A DNA stretch of 62,039 bases, counting the filler, from Hausera hauseri (lineage: Eukaryota), in NCBI GenBank assembly GCA_046269625.1. It is 11 parts of 11 records of this genome, joined end to end, with 100 filler letters (N's around TTAATTAATTAA, not from the genome) between each part and the next. Parts side by side here need not be neighbours in the genome. Positions count along the whole stretch, not along the records: positions 17,050 to 25,009 come from JBJURY010848746.1; positions 25,110 to 31,566 come from JBJURY010099098.1; positions 31,667 to 36,103 come from JBJURY010582000.1; positions 36,204 to 40,300 come from JBJURY010764540.1; 7 more parts are not named here. The stretch is one strand, 5' to 3'. Each line of letters begins with the position of its first letter. The first letter of the stretch is position 1. Under the pieces are notes generated by a model, which made no database searches, was not told the origin of the DNA, and saw only the letters and a list, made by a program, of their open reading frames with translations. Positions 24,751 through 38,689 of the stretch are shown one piece after another. The position numbers and the translations under genes were made by a program.

Positions 24751-26029
24751 GCCCACCCCCCGGCAAAGGAAATTTCTTTTTGGTTCGCGGATGAGTCATG
24801 GGGTAGAAAAAACGATACACATACACTGTTAATAGGGCGGAGATAGGAGACAGTCAGAAAGTGGATACACACAGGCGGGCGTACTGTATGGATTTTAGGT
24901 ACGTGTAAAAATTTGAATTTGGCGCGTAAAATTTTTTTTGTTTAAATTTTGGTTGTGGGATTTCTGCCGCAGATTGGGTTTCACTATTCCCACCCCCAAT
25001 TGGTGTAATNNNNNNNNNNNNNNNNNNNNNNNNNNNNNNNNNNNNNNNNNNNNTTAATTAATTAANNNNNNNNNNNNNNNNNNNNNNNNNNNNNNNNNNN
25101 NNNNNNNNNTGATATTTCTTGTAGTCGCGGATGCTTCCACGGGTAAACATTTTATTGCCTTCAGGCATTCAAACACTTCAACAGTGAAATAACTATCCAT
25201 AACTGCTATGAACTGCCTCTTTCAGAGTTTGAAAGAGCGTATCCACAATGCTTCTCATCATTCTATATTCTGATTTATAATTTCTGACATTTGAACTTCC
25301 CATAGTATGGGCCATACTCATACACTTCAAAACTTTTTTCTGAAAATATATTTTTCAATAAATACTAACATCACAAGATATGGATATGCAATACTAAAAG
25401 TCAAGTTAATAATAATTATTGAATAAATTACTTTTTGTTGCAATAAATAGAAGACAAAGATTACATTTTGTCCCCATTCAGCCCAAGTCCTCCCAGGTCT
25501 CTGTGTGCCAGTGTCCTGTGGGTAATTTCTGGTACCAACATATATTTTTGTCAGTGTAACGCAACCAATTGCGTACATTTGTAAATTAGAATATAGAATG
25601 ATTAAATGTAATCTCTGAGATAGCAAAAAATATTGCACCAAAATATTCCACAAGAAACCACTAAATTCGGACAAAGAAAACAGACACACCAAAGTTGGTA
25701 CACCATGTTTTACTACACGCTTGGACAGAGCAGATAAAATTAAACACAAAGAGCAAAGCTACAGAGTTATGCCGCATCACAGGTTGTTGAGAAAAGGTTA
25801 TTTTACGTGGACTAGCAAGTGCCGTCTGATTGCTCGTCGCATTTAAGAGATAATGGGCTTTAATAAACTTATCTGTAGTTATAAATACCGTCAGGATACA
25901 TATTAAGAGCCTTGCCGGTAGACATGGGTGATCATGCTTTTCCATAATGCCTTTTTGGCTTCCTCCTCCCATGATAGTAGTATAGAGGAGGAGAAACAAG
26001 TCGAATTTCAGGCGCTAAATGGCTGGCTA

Positions 26030-29000
26030 TAAGAAAAAAAACATGGATTGAGGCTGGATGGATGACATCATCCATCCTGTCGGGGTAATGGGGAGAAAAG
26101 AAAATATTAAGCGACAAACAACTCTTGGGAAATTTCTTGTAAGGGGAAACAACTCCTTTTTTGTTTTAATTTGGTAATTATGTAATTGTGTTTTGTATAA
26201 TTTAATTTTTTTTATTTAGATAATTGTTAAGTAATATTAATTGTGTTTTGTATTTTTTTATTAGGTAATTGTTATGAAATAAGTATTTTGTGTAATTGTT
26301 TTGTAATACTTGATAAGTGTGGGTGTTATTAGCGAGTGGGTACCCGAGTAGTAAAGGGAGACCATTTTTTCATTTGTTGAATTTATTTTTTATGTAATAG
26401 TATTTGATAAAGATATGTGAGGGTGGTGTCATTAGCGGGTGTGTTAGGTCTTCTTATGCAAGCTTATGAGGAGTCTGTTGGTTCAAGGCAGGGTCATATT
26501 TTCTGGTAAGGTTGGGTACCGTAAGGATGATGGAGGTGGATTAGGGTCACGACAGTGTCATATTTACTTTTAAAGTTGGTCTTCAAAAGGGTACTGAGTG
26601 GGATTCGTCTTCGTCTTAATTCTTATGTATACATATGGGAGCCTGGTGGGTCATGGCAGGGTCATATTTTCTGTTAAGATTAGGTATGTAAGGGCACGGA
26701 TGTGGCTTAGGGTCACGGCAGGATAATATTTTCTGTTAAGATTGGTCTTCATAAGGGTGCCAGGGTGATTTAGGTCGACTCCTTCACTCTTACTTATGCT
26801 TATGGGAGCCTGTTGGGTCACGGCAGGGTCATATTTTATGTTAAGGATAATCTTCATAAGTGTGCAGTGGGTAGGTTAGGCCCTCTTCTTCGTCCTTCTT
26901 ATACAAGCTTATGGAATGCATGTCGGGTCATGGCAGAGTTATATGTTCTATTATGGTTGGGCATCATAAGGGTGCTGGGTATGATTTAGATCAACTTATT
27001 CATTCTTATGTAATCTTATGGGAACCTATTTGGTCACCTCATGGTGCCATTTTTTGTTAAGGTATGGTATCATAAGGGGGCTAGGAGTGGTTTAGGTCGT
27101 CTTCTTTAGGTTTCTGAAGGATTTATGGGAGCCTGTTGGGTCATGGTAGAATCATATTTTCTGTTAAGATGCAGCATTATAAGGGTGCTGTGGGTAGGTT
27201 AGTTCGTCTTCTTTGGGTGGTGGTATGTTTCGTCATCATGTTCCTGCCGCATTAGGACGGGAAAGTTAACGGCGCTGTTAGGGATATTAGCCATCATCAG
27301 TTGTCCGCTCGTATAAGGAAGGGGAATATAGCTGCGTTGGTAGGATAGTCATCAGTTGCAGGTGACTTGAACTATAACGAAGGGGCAGTTAACAGCATTG
27401 TCTGATTAGTCATCATCATCAAGAGCCCTGGTGTTAGGGATATTAGGCATCATCATGTACCCAGTTGTATAACTAATGGAGGATAGCAACGTTGTTAGGT
27501 GTTAGTCATCTGGTTTTTACAAGCATCGGCATTTTCATGTCGGCCATTTTATTTTTCATGTCGATAACTTTTCATGCCAGCCTTTTTTTTCTTTTCTTGT
27601 TCATGTGGATTTTTATGTTAACCATTTTTTTCATGTCAACAAATTTCAATGTCCACCATATTTCCAGGTCTACAACTTTTTATGTCAGTCAATTTTTCTT
27701 CATGTCGGCCATTTTTCATGTCAGCAATATTTCATGTCGACCATTTCTCATCTGGGCAATTTCTTTATGACAGCCACTTTTTATGTCGAAAAATTTCATG
27801 ACCAACTTTCTTTGTCAACAATATTTCATATTGTAAACCTTACATGTCGACAACTTTCATGTTGGTAATTCTTCATGTCAGCACCATTTTATGTCGACAA
27901 CTTCTCATTTATATTGTTGTCATTTAAAAGCAATTAGCAGTAATTCTACAGTTTACCAAAAATTATGTCCCTATGTTGTCACAAAAATGCTGACATAAAA
28001 GATTGCCGACATGAAAAGATGCCAACATGAAAAGTTGACGATATGAAAGTTGTTCACGTGAAAAGTTGAACTCATGAAAAATTTCCCCACATGAATGTTG
28101 AAGACACAAAAATTTGCCAACAGATTAAAGGTGTTGACATGAAATAATTGCCAACGTGAGCAAGTTGCCACCATGAAAAAAGAATTGCCAATATGAAAAG
28201 TTACCGACATAAAATTTACTGATATGAAAAGTTGTCGACATGAATGTTGTCCCTATAAAAATTTACGAACATGAAAAGTTACCAACATAAAAGTTGTCAA
28301 CACGAAAAGCTGTCGACATCGAAAAATTACCAATATAAATGATGTCGACATGAGAAGTTGTCGACATGTAACGTTCCTGACATGAAAATTTACCTGCATG
28401 AAAATTAACTGACATGACAATGTCGACACGAAACAATTGCCGACATGACAAAGGTACCGACATGACAAAATTACCAATATAAAAGTTGTTAATGTGAGAA
28501 GTTATCGACATGAATCGTCGAAGACATCAAAAGTTGTCGATATGAAAGTTGTCGACAAAAATGTATCGACATGAAAAGTTACTGACATGAACTGTTGTCA
28601 ACAAGGAATGTTGTGGTTATGAAAAATTTCTGACCTAAAAAGTGGCCGACATGAAGAAATGACCGACATGAGAAATGATCGAAATGAAAGATGTCGACAT
28701 GAAAAGTTACTGACGTGAAAAAAGACTAACATGAACAGTTGTCGACATTAAAAATGAAGAAAAACTGACGACATAAAAAGTTATTCACCTGGAGAAATGG
28801 TCGACATTAACATTTATCGACATGAAAGAAAAATGGCGGATATGAAAATGCCGATGGTTGTAAAAAGCAGATGACTAACACCTAACAACGTTGCTGTCAT
28901 CCCTTCCTTATACAACCGGGTGCATGATGATGCCTAATATCCCCTAACACCAGGACTCATCATGATGATGACTAATCTGACGATGCTGTTAACTTACCCT

Positions 29001-29797
29001 TCCTTATAGCATAGGTCACCTGCTGCTGATGACTAACCTACCAATGCAGCTATCTCCCCTTTCCTTATACGAGTGGGCACCTGATGACGACTAATATCCC
29101 TAACAGTGCTGTTAACTTTCCTGTCCTTATGTGACTGGAACATGAATACGAAACATACCACCACCCGAAGAAGACGACATAAGCAAACTTAAGAATGAAG
29201 AAGAAGAATCACACCAATCACCCTTATGAAGATCACCCTTAAAGTAAAATATGACCTAGTTGCAGCCCTAAACCAATACCGCACCTTTATGATACCCAAT
29301 CGTAAAACAAAATATGACCCTGCCACGACCCAACAGGCTCCCCATAAGCTTGCATAAGAAGACATAACCCAACCGCTGATGACACCACCCTCACATAACT
29401 TTATCATATACTATTACATACAAAATAAATTAAACATGAAGAAAAAAACGTGTCCTCTTTACTACCCGTGTACCCACCCGCAGACGAAACCCAGACTTAT
29501 CAAGTATTAAATAACAAATATATAAAACATATATTACGTAACAATTACACAACAATTACCTAATACAAATAAAATTATACAAAACACAATTACTATTACA
29601 TAACAATTATCAAAATAAAAATAAAATTATATAAAACACAATTATTGATTACCTAATTAAAACCAAAAAATAATTGTTATCTCCCCCTTATAAAAAATTT
29701 CCCATGGGTTGTCTGCCCCTTAATATTTTCTTATCTCCTCTTAACCCGACAGGATGGATGATGTCATCCATCCAGGCTCCATCCAAGTTTTGCCTTA
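26030..29797. mobile_element. About 3.7-kb foldback (long imperfect inverted repeat) element with internal tandem arrays
   Basis: 26050-26150 is the reverse complement of 29675-29785, and 27200-27530 of 28840-29175. The centre is at about 27940. No transposase ORF. Confidence 0.8.
27530..28850. repeat. About 17-19-bp minisatellite (consensus near GACATGAAAAGTTGTC) in head-to-head orientation
   Basis: ttttcatgtc units at 27530-27905 and gacatgaaaa units at 27975-28850. Confidence 0.85.
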
Positions 29798-31566
29798 TCA
29801 TCATCATCATCAGGTGCCACGCTGCGAAGCATAAGGTTTTCATGGATCTCCATTTCTCGCGATTATTGGTATCAACAATCATCTCTGCTGTTGACCTACT
29901 TCGAATCCTTCTTGCAAACCGTCACTTAATTCATTGCCATCCACTACTTCTACTTCCTGGTATTTTACCTGTGGTGGCCAAATTCTCTTCTTAAAATATG
30001 CCAATCATAGATGCTTGTCTCTTTCTGATCTTAGTGATAAGCGTTCTTTCTGCATCTGCTTCTTGTAAAACTTCTTCATTTGTTCTCTTTGCTGTCCAAG
30101 GGATTTTCAATATTTTTCTGGGAAACCACATCTTTGTTGCTTTTAAATAATTTTCCAATTTTTTACTCAGTATCCAAGATTCGCAGGCATACATTATTAT
30201 GGGTTCGACATAACACTGCTGGACTTTCTTTCTCAATGACAGATTTGTTTATAATAATATGCTTTTCATTTTCTGGAATGCTGTTTGTGCCTGTGCAATT
30301 CTGATTTTGATTTCCGTGTCACATCTGCCATCTAATGTTACAAGAGTTCCAGGGTATTTGAATTTCTGCACTTGTTTTACTTTTGTCGATTTAATCATTA
30401 CATTGCAAACTGTTGAGTCTTGTTTCTTAGAGACTGTCATCATTACTTTTTTTATGTTTAAGCTGAGTCCATTCTTTTCACTTTCAGTTATTACAGTATT
30501 GAGCATCTCTTGTAAAACCCTTTCATTTGTTGCTATTAGCACAGTGTCATCTGTACAGCGTAAGTTATTTAAATTATATCCACCCACTTTTAATCCTGGC
30601 AAATCTGCTACTGATCTCATTATGTTCTCACTATGTACAAACCTGTCGTACACCCTTTTTTTATCTCTTGGAATGGTTCTTATTGGTTTCCTATTCGTAC
30701 ATCTACCCTTTGTTGCCAATAAAAGTTCTTTATCTGTCTTAGATCTTTACCATCCACGTTTTGTCCTCGAGCATCTGAATAATTTCTTTGCGCTTAACCT
30801 TGTCAAAGGTCTTGGTGTAATCAATAAAGCATAAATATAAATCTGTTTGAACTTCTATTGATCTATATATGTACATATAACTATATACATATAATATATT
30901 TATATAGCATTATTTGTGCCCTTTCCATGGACAAAGCCGTACTATTCTTCTGATATTGTTTCTCAGTCTTCTCATAATTATTCTCAGCATTATTTTTGTC
31001 CTATGACCCATGAGACTTGTAATCCTGCACTCTTCACGTTCTATGACACCTGAGCTTTTCGGTAGTTATAAAAATTGATTGAAGTAAGTCTTCTGATATG
31101 TTCCCGCTATTGTAGATATCATTTAAGAGTTTTGTTTTGATTTCAATTCAAAAACACCTGTTTAATATAGCTTCTCTTACTTCGTCTTCAAGTATTGGTA
31201 GACCATGCTCAGTTTTATTGTCAGTTATTTCTGGTATATTATCATTGTATAGTTCTCCTAAGTATTCTGACCATCTTGCTATTACTTCCTCTTTTCCCAT
31301 TAATATTTTACCCTCTTTTAATTTGGTTCACCCTGTTGAACCATTTGCTCTTTTCCCTGTAATGTTATTTATTGTTTGATGCATATTTCTTGGATTTCGT
31401 TGCTGTATTTTTATCTCATTACATCTTTTATTTAGCCAGTCTTCTTTTGCTGCATTACACATTTTTCTTATTGTATTACTTAATTGTCTGTATTATTCTT
31501 TATCTTTTCTGTTTATTCTTCTTTGTTCCATTACATTTAATAGCTCTACTATCATCCATTTTTGTT
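29797..31566 (-). mobile_element. RTE-clade non-LTR retrotransposon, 3' part, decayed
   Basis: GLKVGGYNLNNLRCTDDTVLIA (YADD region), GLSLNIKK, QVQKFKYPGT, EIKIRIAQA, YACESW, LKIPWTAKRTNEEVL. (GAT)n 3' tail at 29797-29812. Confidence 0.92.
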
Positions 31567-31666
31567 NNNNNNNNNNNNNNNNNNNNNNNNNNNNNNNNNN
31601 NNNNNNNNNNTTAATTAATTAANNNNNNNNNNNNNNNNNNNNNNNNNNNNNNNNNNNNNNNNNNNN

Positions 31667-32709
31667 GTAAAGGTGACTGCGGAGACCGTCGAATGAGTGA
31701 TACAAACGAATGAGTTCTGTTAAATGGGACATGTCGTAATGTCGTCCCGTAATGAAGCACAGGTATTTATACTGAAATGTAACAAAAACAACAACACGCG
31801 AAATAAATTATATTGATTGATTCACATATGTACAATATGTGTGTGTGATTAAATACGGTCAATCAACTTTTTCATTACAATACAAAATGAAACGGAAAAT
31901 ACAAGTCCAGTGAGGAAATTAATACATCGTTGTCGTTGTCGTTTTTGTCTCATTTCATCCTCGATACGTTTTACGAAGAGAGATCTGACTATCAATTCAA
32001 TATATTCTCGCCTGCTCATTATTTGCGTTTCTGTGAGCTCACATAAAAACTGTACATCAAACACATGTTCGGTCTAAATCTCATCGGTCAATCTCTGAAT
32101 TTCACTTTCAATATATTCTTCATTTGATTTAGTGTAGTAATGTTGATAAACGTTTATAGCCGACTTAGGCGACGTTTGACACTGCAGTAAGGGAAATACG
32201 TTATGGTGTATTGTAGTTAAATATATTTATTCATAATTAATACATTTTTATTTGTTGTTAGTTTAATTTGTTTATAATTCAGAAATGTTTACAATATCCC
32301 ATGTATTTCGTCTCCCGCATACATGAGGATGGACAATGCCACAAGGAAATGGCCAAATATTATTCAGTGGCTAAGGACACATACCTGTGTCCCGTTTGTG
32401 TTTATTTAAAACACATGCCCATACGCCGACTTTTATGAGTTGCACAAGCATCACCTCGATCCGTTCACGCGGTCCAAGAATATGATGGTTGTGCATTACC
32501 CTACATACCCACATTACAGTACCAATAAAGTGCATGACGTTGGTGGTTGCAATAGTGAAATGGAGCAATACTATGGCACCACAACGGTGCTCAGTAAACG
32601 ATCCTATGTATGTCCCGGTTGTTCTATAGCTGATGATAAAATCAACTATGAACAATTTTATAATAAGTACCATGACCACTTAAACCAATTTAAGCGGTCG
32701 AAAATATAA
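31667..32709. mobile_element. Polinton accessory gene block of second copy (ORF-X start, small TM ORF, Cys/His-repeat ORF)
   Basis: Same order and orientation relative to pPolB as 2044-3673. Confidence 0.75.
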
Positions 32710-32924
32710 ATGTTAATGGACGCAGCAAAAAGCAGCAGCAGCAGCAGTATTCCTCAACAAGTAGGAAACGTCAGGCATCAAAAAGCCTTGACGAATACTT
32801 GTAAACAACAAAAATCAAAAACAACAGAAGCAGCAGTAGCAGCAGGAACAGGAGCAACAGGGAGAGGAACAACGCATTACTGTCATGTACCATCTGAATA
32901 AATAGTACGTGGATAAAAAAGTGA

Positions 32925-35800
32925 ACATGTCAGCGACAACAACAACAACAACGACAACGCAATTGAAACATGTTCCATCCATTGTGCGAAACCGGTTGGA
33001 ATCTGAAGTGGATAAATTCCAACACCACAAACACCACTGCAAAGTAAAGTATTATGCACTTACAGAATTCGAAAATGTGCAAGGCGACAGGAAACAATGG
33101 TACCTGTCACATCGAGCACTACCATATACCGAGGATTTTATCCCTGAGATTGGCGAAAAGCTTGAGGAGAAAATCGCCAACTACTCGGAAAAGGGTAGTG
33201 GATGGCGAATTGTAAAGATTGTCACTCTATGCTTTATCATTACAAAGTCTTGTGACATGATTTACTTGTCGGAAGATCATTCATACCGACACATGCAGCC
33301 CTAAAGCACTATAAAACTGTAGTCAATGTAGAAAGTAATATCGATGAATACTGTTTTCTTTACAGTATTTTAGCCCTATTAAAATATGACGAAGTACGCA
33401 GAAATCGTGCAAATCGTTCAAAACAATATCATCCGTTTTTTTCCGATCTGGACTTTGATAAAACCTCAATGCCGATGAAAGTCAAAATCATTCCGGCTTT
33501 TGAACGGCATAATGCGACACTGTCAATCAACGTTTTCCGGTACAACTCAATAATAGAGATACAGGCAGATGAGGAAATTTACAAGAATCCTTAGGTGGAT
33601 ATAATCTGTCGAAGTCGGAACCCAAATGGACGTCCAATATACCTGTTGTTGTTGGAGCAGGCAGAAAAATTTATTACGTGGCCGTAACGAATCTGGACAG
33701 ACTGCTGAATATGGACCATGACCAGTTTATCCAAAAACAAATACGATGCAAATGGTGCCCTATATATTTGCACGGCTTCAGATCAGAAGCGACATGGGAA
33801 AAACACGTGGTGCTATGCAGAGGAAACGTATCGAAAACAATAATGTACGTCATGCCCGTCAAAAAGGAGCTGAGATTCAGTGGCTGGTCGAAAACGGACA
33901 GTCTGGTATATATGGTCTATGCCCATATTGAACCAATTCTACTGCGGCACAATGTATACGACCAAAAGCACCTTTCAGTCGCCGTCGGTATGTTGTTAAT
34001 ACAAATAAAAGCCACGGGACAACCGAAATATTACGTTTTCCGCGGATGGAGCTGTGTACGTGATTTCCTGCACCAGTTGGAGGCAATAGTGGAAGCGGAA
34101 GTCGCACCGTGGTACAGTAACAACAGCACTAAGCATTTGCTCTGGATAAACGAAGACGAACATCTGACATTTGCAGTCACAGATAAATGCTACATGTGCC
34201 ACAAAATATTAACATTCGATAAAAAATGGCTCGTACTTGATCACGACCACTTTACCGGACGATATCTGGGAGCAGCATGCAATTCATGTAATTTAGCACG
34301 GCGTGTGCGGCCATTCCTGCCGGTGATATTTCATAACTTCAGGTGTTATGATTGTCATTATATTCTGAAATGGGCCATTAACAAATTTCCACACTGGGAA
34401 CTGTCCATAATCTCAACAACGATGGAGAAATACCTGTCTCTGTCGGCACGTATAAACCGGTTCCAGGTGCGATTCCTTGACTCATTATAGTTCCTCAATG
34501 AGTCTCTAGCATAGCTGGTAAATGCCTTGCCGGATGTGCCGTTAACATCAACGCAGTTTCCGATGCATATTGCACGTAGCAAAGGCATATCCCCATATGA
34601 CTTTGCTGTATCGTACGAGTGGCTTCAGACAAAGAAGGAATTGCCGCCGCAATGGCCCAGTATAACAGAAGATGAATATCGCAGAGCACAAGAATCTTAG
34701 TCAGAGCTCGGCTGCAGAAACCTGTTGGACTACATGCTCTATTATATAAAACTGGACGTGTACTTGCTGGCCGACGTGTTTCAGACATTTCGAACTAAGA
34801 CGTTTGTGGAAGATAGGCTGGAGCCGCTCAACTTTTACTTCATACCGGGAATGAATTGGGCATCAGCTCTGATATCACTGGACTGGGACATTGAGCTGTT
34901 TTAAGACCCAGAAATGTACCAACTGTTTGTTGTTGGTATTTGTGGCGGCACGACATTTGTCAACAATCACCACGTAACCAGTGATGATAACACTACGTAA
35001 CTGCTGTACATTGACATTAATGACCTGTACGGCTGGGTGCTTTCGCAACCCTTGTCGTACTGTTCATTTGAATGGATACGGACAAGCAAGATCTGGAGGC
35101 AATATTGGAAAATTTACCAAGAGCAAACACGGCAGAAAACAGCTCATTCGACTACCTGGTGGAAGTTGATCTCATGATACCGGATGAGTTGCATGACGCT
35201 TTTGACCAATTGTTTGTCGCACCAATTAATCAATGTTCTGTCGGCGGCTCAAAGGTGAAGAAACTGCTCATGACGCATGAATCGAAGTCAAATTACGTGG
35301 TTCAATGGCATCTGCTACAGTTCTACATGCAGCTCGGTGTACGCGTCACACAGCTGCATCGAGCAATCAAATTCAATCAGGCGCCGATATTCAAGGCATA
35401 CATTGACGGAAATTCACAAAAACGAGACTCAGCTTGTACAAAGTTCGAAAAGGACTACTACAAGTTAAAAAATAATTCTCTCTACGGTAAAACAGTAGAG
35501 AACCTCAAAAAGCGACACAATATGCGTCTATGTAACAACGAAAAGCGGCTGGTTACATACACCAGCAAGGCTCAGTTCAGGCGGGCAATGCATATTGCCG
35601 ATGGATTTATCGCCATGCTGTTAAACAGGGAAGAAGTCGTACTGGACAATCAATGACTGTGCGTCAAACGACAATACGGTTGATTGAGCACCAGCTGTAT
35701 ACTATAACAAACATAAAATTGGCTTTGTCATGTAATGATGATAAGCGAAAGTGGGTGGGGCGAAATAAGAGTTGGGCATATGGGTATTGGCGTTTGAAAT
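32925..35800 (+). pseudogene. Polinton/Maverick pPolB, decayed, motif C region deleted
   Basis: EKGSGWRIVKI; DHDHFTGRYLGAACNSCNL; FHNFRCYDCH; LLYIDINDLYG (motif A); KLKNNSLYGKT (motif B); C-terminal KLALSCNDDKR. No YxDTDS is present between about 35650 and 35690. Confidence 0.93.
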
Positions 35801-36203
35801 AACACACATGTGATGCTTTATGTGCTCCGACGATTCGAGGCAGACAGTTACAGTCATTTGAACATTGTGACAACTACTGACATCTTGTGATTTTTGTTGT
35901 TATATCACAATAATGTATTTTTGTTCACCGACTTTTTTCGTTCTGTTTTATATAGTTGTTTAATTTTCTTCATATTAAGTGATGACTAAGAAAACATTGG
36001 GTGTAATTAAATTTCAATACAGTATTAAAAGTCAATTTAACACTACAAATGCAAATAAGTTTATTAAGCATTAATCACAAATCACAAAATCACGTCAAAT
36101 CAANNNNNNNNNNNNNNNNNNNNNNNNNNNNNNNNNNNNNNNNNNNNTTAATTAATTAANNNNNNNNNNNNNNNNNNNNNNNNNNNNNNNNNNNNNNNNN
36201 NNN

Positions 36204-37225
36204 AGTGAAGATCTGTCTATTATGTTCCTTTGAAACAAAGAAAGCATCGGAAACAGCAGCTGCACAAACTTCCAGCACGTGATGTCTGCAAGCCAGAAAC
36301 AGCAGCCGTCGACTGAATGCTTACTGAACAATATTTATAGCTCCTGTGTAGATTCCAGTATTGCTGGCTGTTGTGTCAAAACAAAGTCCAGCTAAGTTTT
36401 CCTTGACACCGTGCCACGCATTTAGAAACTCTATTACTTTCTAACCCATCAACGCACCAGTTCCATCTGACAGAGCTGTCGTTACAATCATCACTGCCTG
36501 GCGAGTGCATGTCCTGGTCCTTTCAAGTGTTGCATTGAAAAGGGGATTGTCAATTATACAGCGTTTAGGTTGTGGTTTCACTGAGTCAATCTTGTGGATG
36601 GTGATGGTGACAACTGACGTTTATTTGATTGCGATTTGAATGGATAGAAGGGTTTGTCAAGTGGATACTGTGTTGTATTATCCGAAGAATCTGAGTCATC
36701 CGAAGTTAGATCTCTGAAGGTGGCAGTATTAGTTGCTGTATTTTCTGAAATCTACTGTTCTGTATACTGTTGATGACGCCTTTGCTTAGCCTCCTTTCTT
36801 CTCTGATACCTGGCAGAAGCATCACGGTATTTAATGTCCTCCGTAGTCATAACCATCTGTTGTGGGTCACGCTGGCCAATCAGAAAAAGCCTGTCTTCAG
36901 GAATTTTTTAAACGTTCCAATTTAGCATGTACGATGTCAAATAGCTGCTCCATGGATGATGTAAATTCATCTTCTGAACGGGACTGACTGGCAGACTTTC
37001 ATTTTTGTGTTTGGAAACACAAACATGTTCCTGATAAATGGACTTCAGTTTGGCGACAACGTGAGGTTTAGCCGTTGTTGCAATATTGACCTTTGTCAAA
37101 CACATCCCCATTACTTCATCATCAACTAAATTGCAGACTTCTGGCAGTGTTACCTTGTTACTCTTCATCTCATGGAATACACGACGCAGTGCAAGACCAT
37201 CTGTTGGTAATTGATTTTGTTCCTC
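36204..37225 (-). mobile_element. Decayed DDE DNA transposase of the FDTTASNTG/CRHH type (hATm/Cc8K15.2-like)
   Basis: N-terminal QLPTDGLALRRVFHEMK, then ENLAGLCFDTTASNTG...LLFLACRHHVLE at 36270-36405. The superfamily label is tentative. Confidence 0.75.
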
Positions 37226-38689
37226 AATGCCTGTGTTGGGAGTTCGGTGGGTTCATCTTTACAAGTCGACCCAACACATAAATGGATATATGATGTATGC
37301 ACAACTATAAGCAGATGAGGATGCTTATAGCAATAAGGAATGAAGTCTCTGGAGTTCAAATGGCGGTCCAGTAACAAGATGTTACCTGCACCTGTTCGAT
37401 ATGAAATGAATGATTGATACTGGCAGTATCCTGTCCATAATAGGGGAAATGAGCCATCCCGTCGTAAATGAAAGAATATAATTAACATGAGCGACTATTC
37501 GAGCTATTGAATGATAACGGGCAATTTATAAGGGAGGAGTAATTTGAATGGGCAACTATTCTAGCCATTAAACGATAATGAGCGATTTATAAAGGAGGAA
37601 ATAGACAATACTATTCTCTCATTGTCGCATAATTCAATTCAGCAAATGAGTATAACCAATCCGACTAACTGATCGAACTATTGAACCGCAACAATACTTC
37701 GAGATTGCTTAACCTTTGTCATTACGGACTATAATTCCTAATACTTTTATCAGATGAGGTTCATTAAAGTAACTTTTAATAATCCTGGAATCTCAATGAA
37801 TCGTTCATTACATCTACTACACAACAATTCCATCTACTGACCAATCGCCGGATAACCGAATTTCACCATATTGATGTTTATATAATTCGATGAGCATGGA
37901 GAATTGTTGAGCTATAATCCTATAATTAATTTTTATATCAAACCGTTGGTAAAAGTAGTTGTACGTAATCTTACCTAACTGTCAGTCGGTAATGTGTGTT
38001 TAACAAGTCTATGAAGTTAATCAACTTTACTTACTACGGTTTAATATCTTATGTCTTTAATTGGGTGATTATACGGGCGGTCGTTAGGTAGTGTTAGACC
38101 TAGACGACCAAATTCCAAGTTAATTAGGAGTTATTTATTTACTTTCTTTACTTAGCCAAGAATAATAAAATCAACAGCAATGAATATTACGATAATATTT
38201 TATGTAAATGCAATAAAACAACAATAAACCTTTTACCATGCATTCAGAGAGAAACTAAAACATACTTACAGGATAGCATGAGGATTTCAAATTGATACAA
38301 TAATGAATAACAATTTCTATAATGAATAACAATTTCTGAGTCTTGTGTCAAATACCGTTGCTTTTATAGGTGTTTGTGAAAATATGTACATGTCTATATT
38401 AGGACCATATGTCCTTTTTAAGATAAAATAACAACACAAATCATGTACATAGCAAGGAAAAATTTCTACATCACAAAAAAACAGAATATGTTTTTCCTTC
38501 TCTTTTCAAATTTATCAAAATGTCACCACTATTTGATTCGTTAGCAAATAAAATCAATTGGAGCAAATAAGTCTGTTGATGGAGAAGAGAAAATATTAAT
38601 TGGAGAAATAAAATGAAAATGTCATCAAAGAGGATCGAGGGTCAAAGAAAATTGTCCCAAATTTTTCGACGTCTGAAGATAGATGACTG

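Larger units (their letters stand above)
17050..25009 (-). mobile_element. CsRn1-like Ty3/gypsy LTR retrotransposon, copy A (UBL-gag-pol with 5' host-derived cargo); may span the whole contig
   Basis: gag with CHCC motifs, PR, RT, RNase H and IN in gypsy order. PPT-like AGGGGGTGA is followed by TGT at 17241. A possible LTR-end/PBS-like ACACCAATTGGGGGTGG lies at the far contig end. The pol call is firm; the outer boundaries are inferred. Confidence 0.8.

Noticed and set aside
27492-28850. Regularly spaced short repeats resembling a CRISPR array, with hydrophobic ORFs
   Set aside because: The units are degenerate and abut each other with no unique spacers. There are no cas genes and the context is eukaryotic. 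It is a minisatellite.
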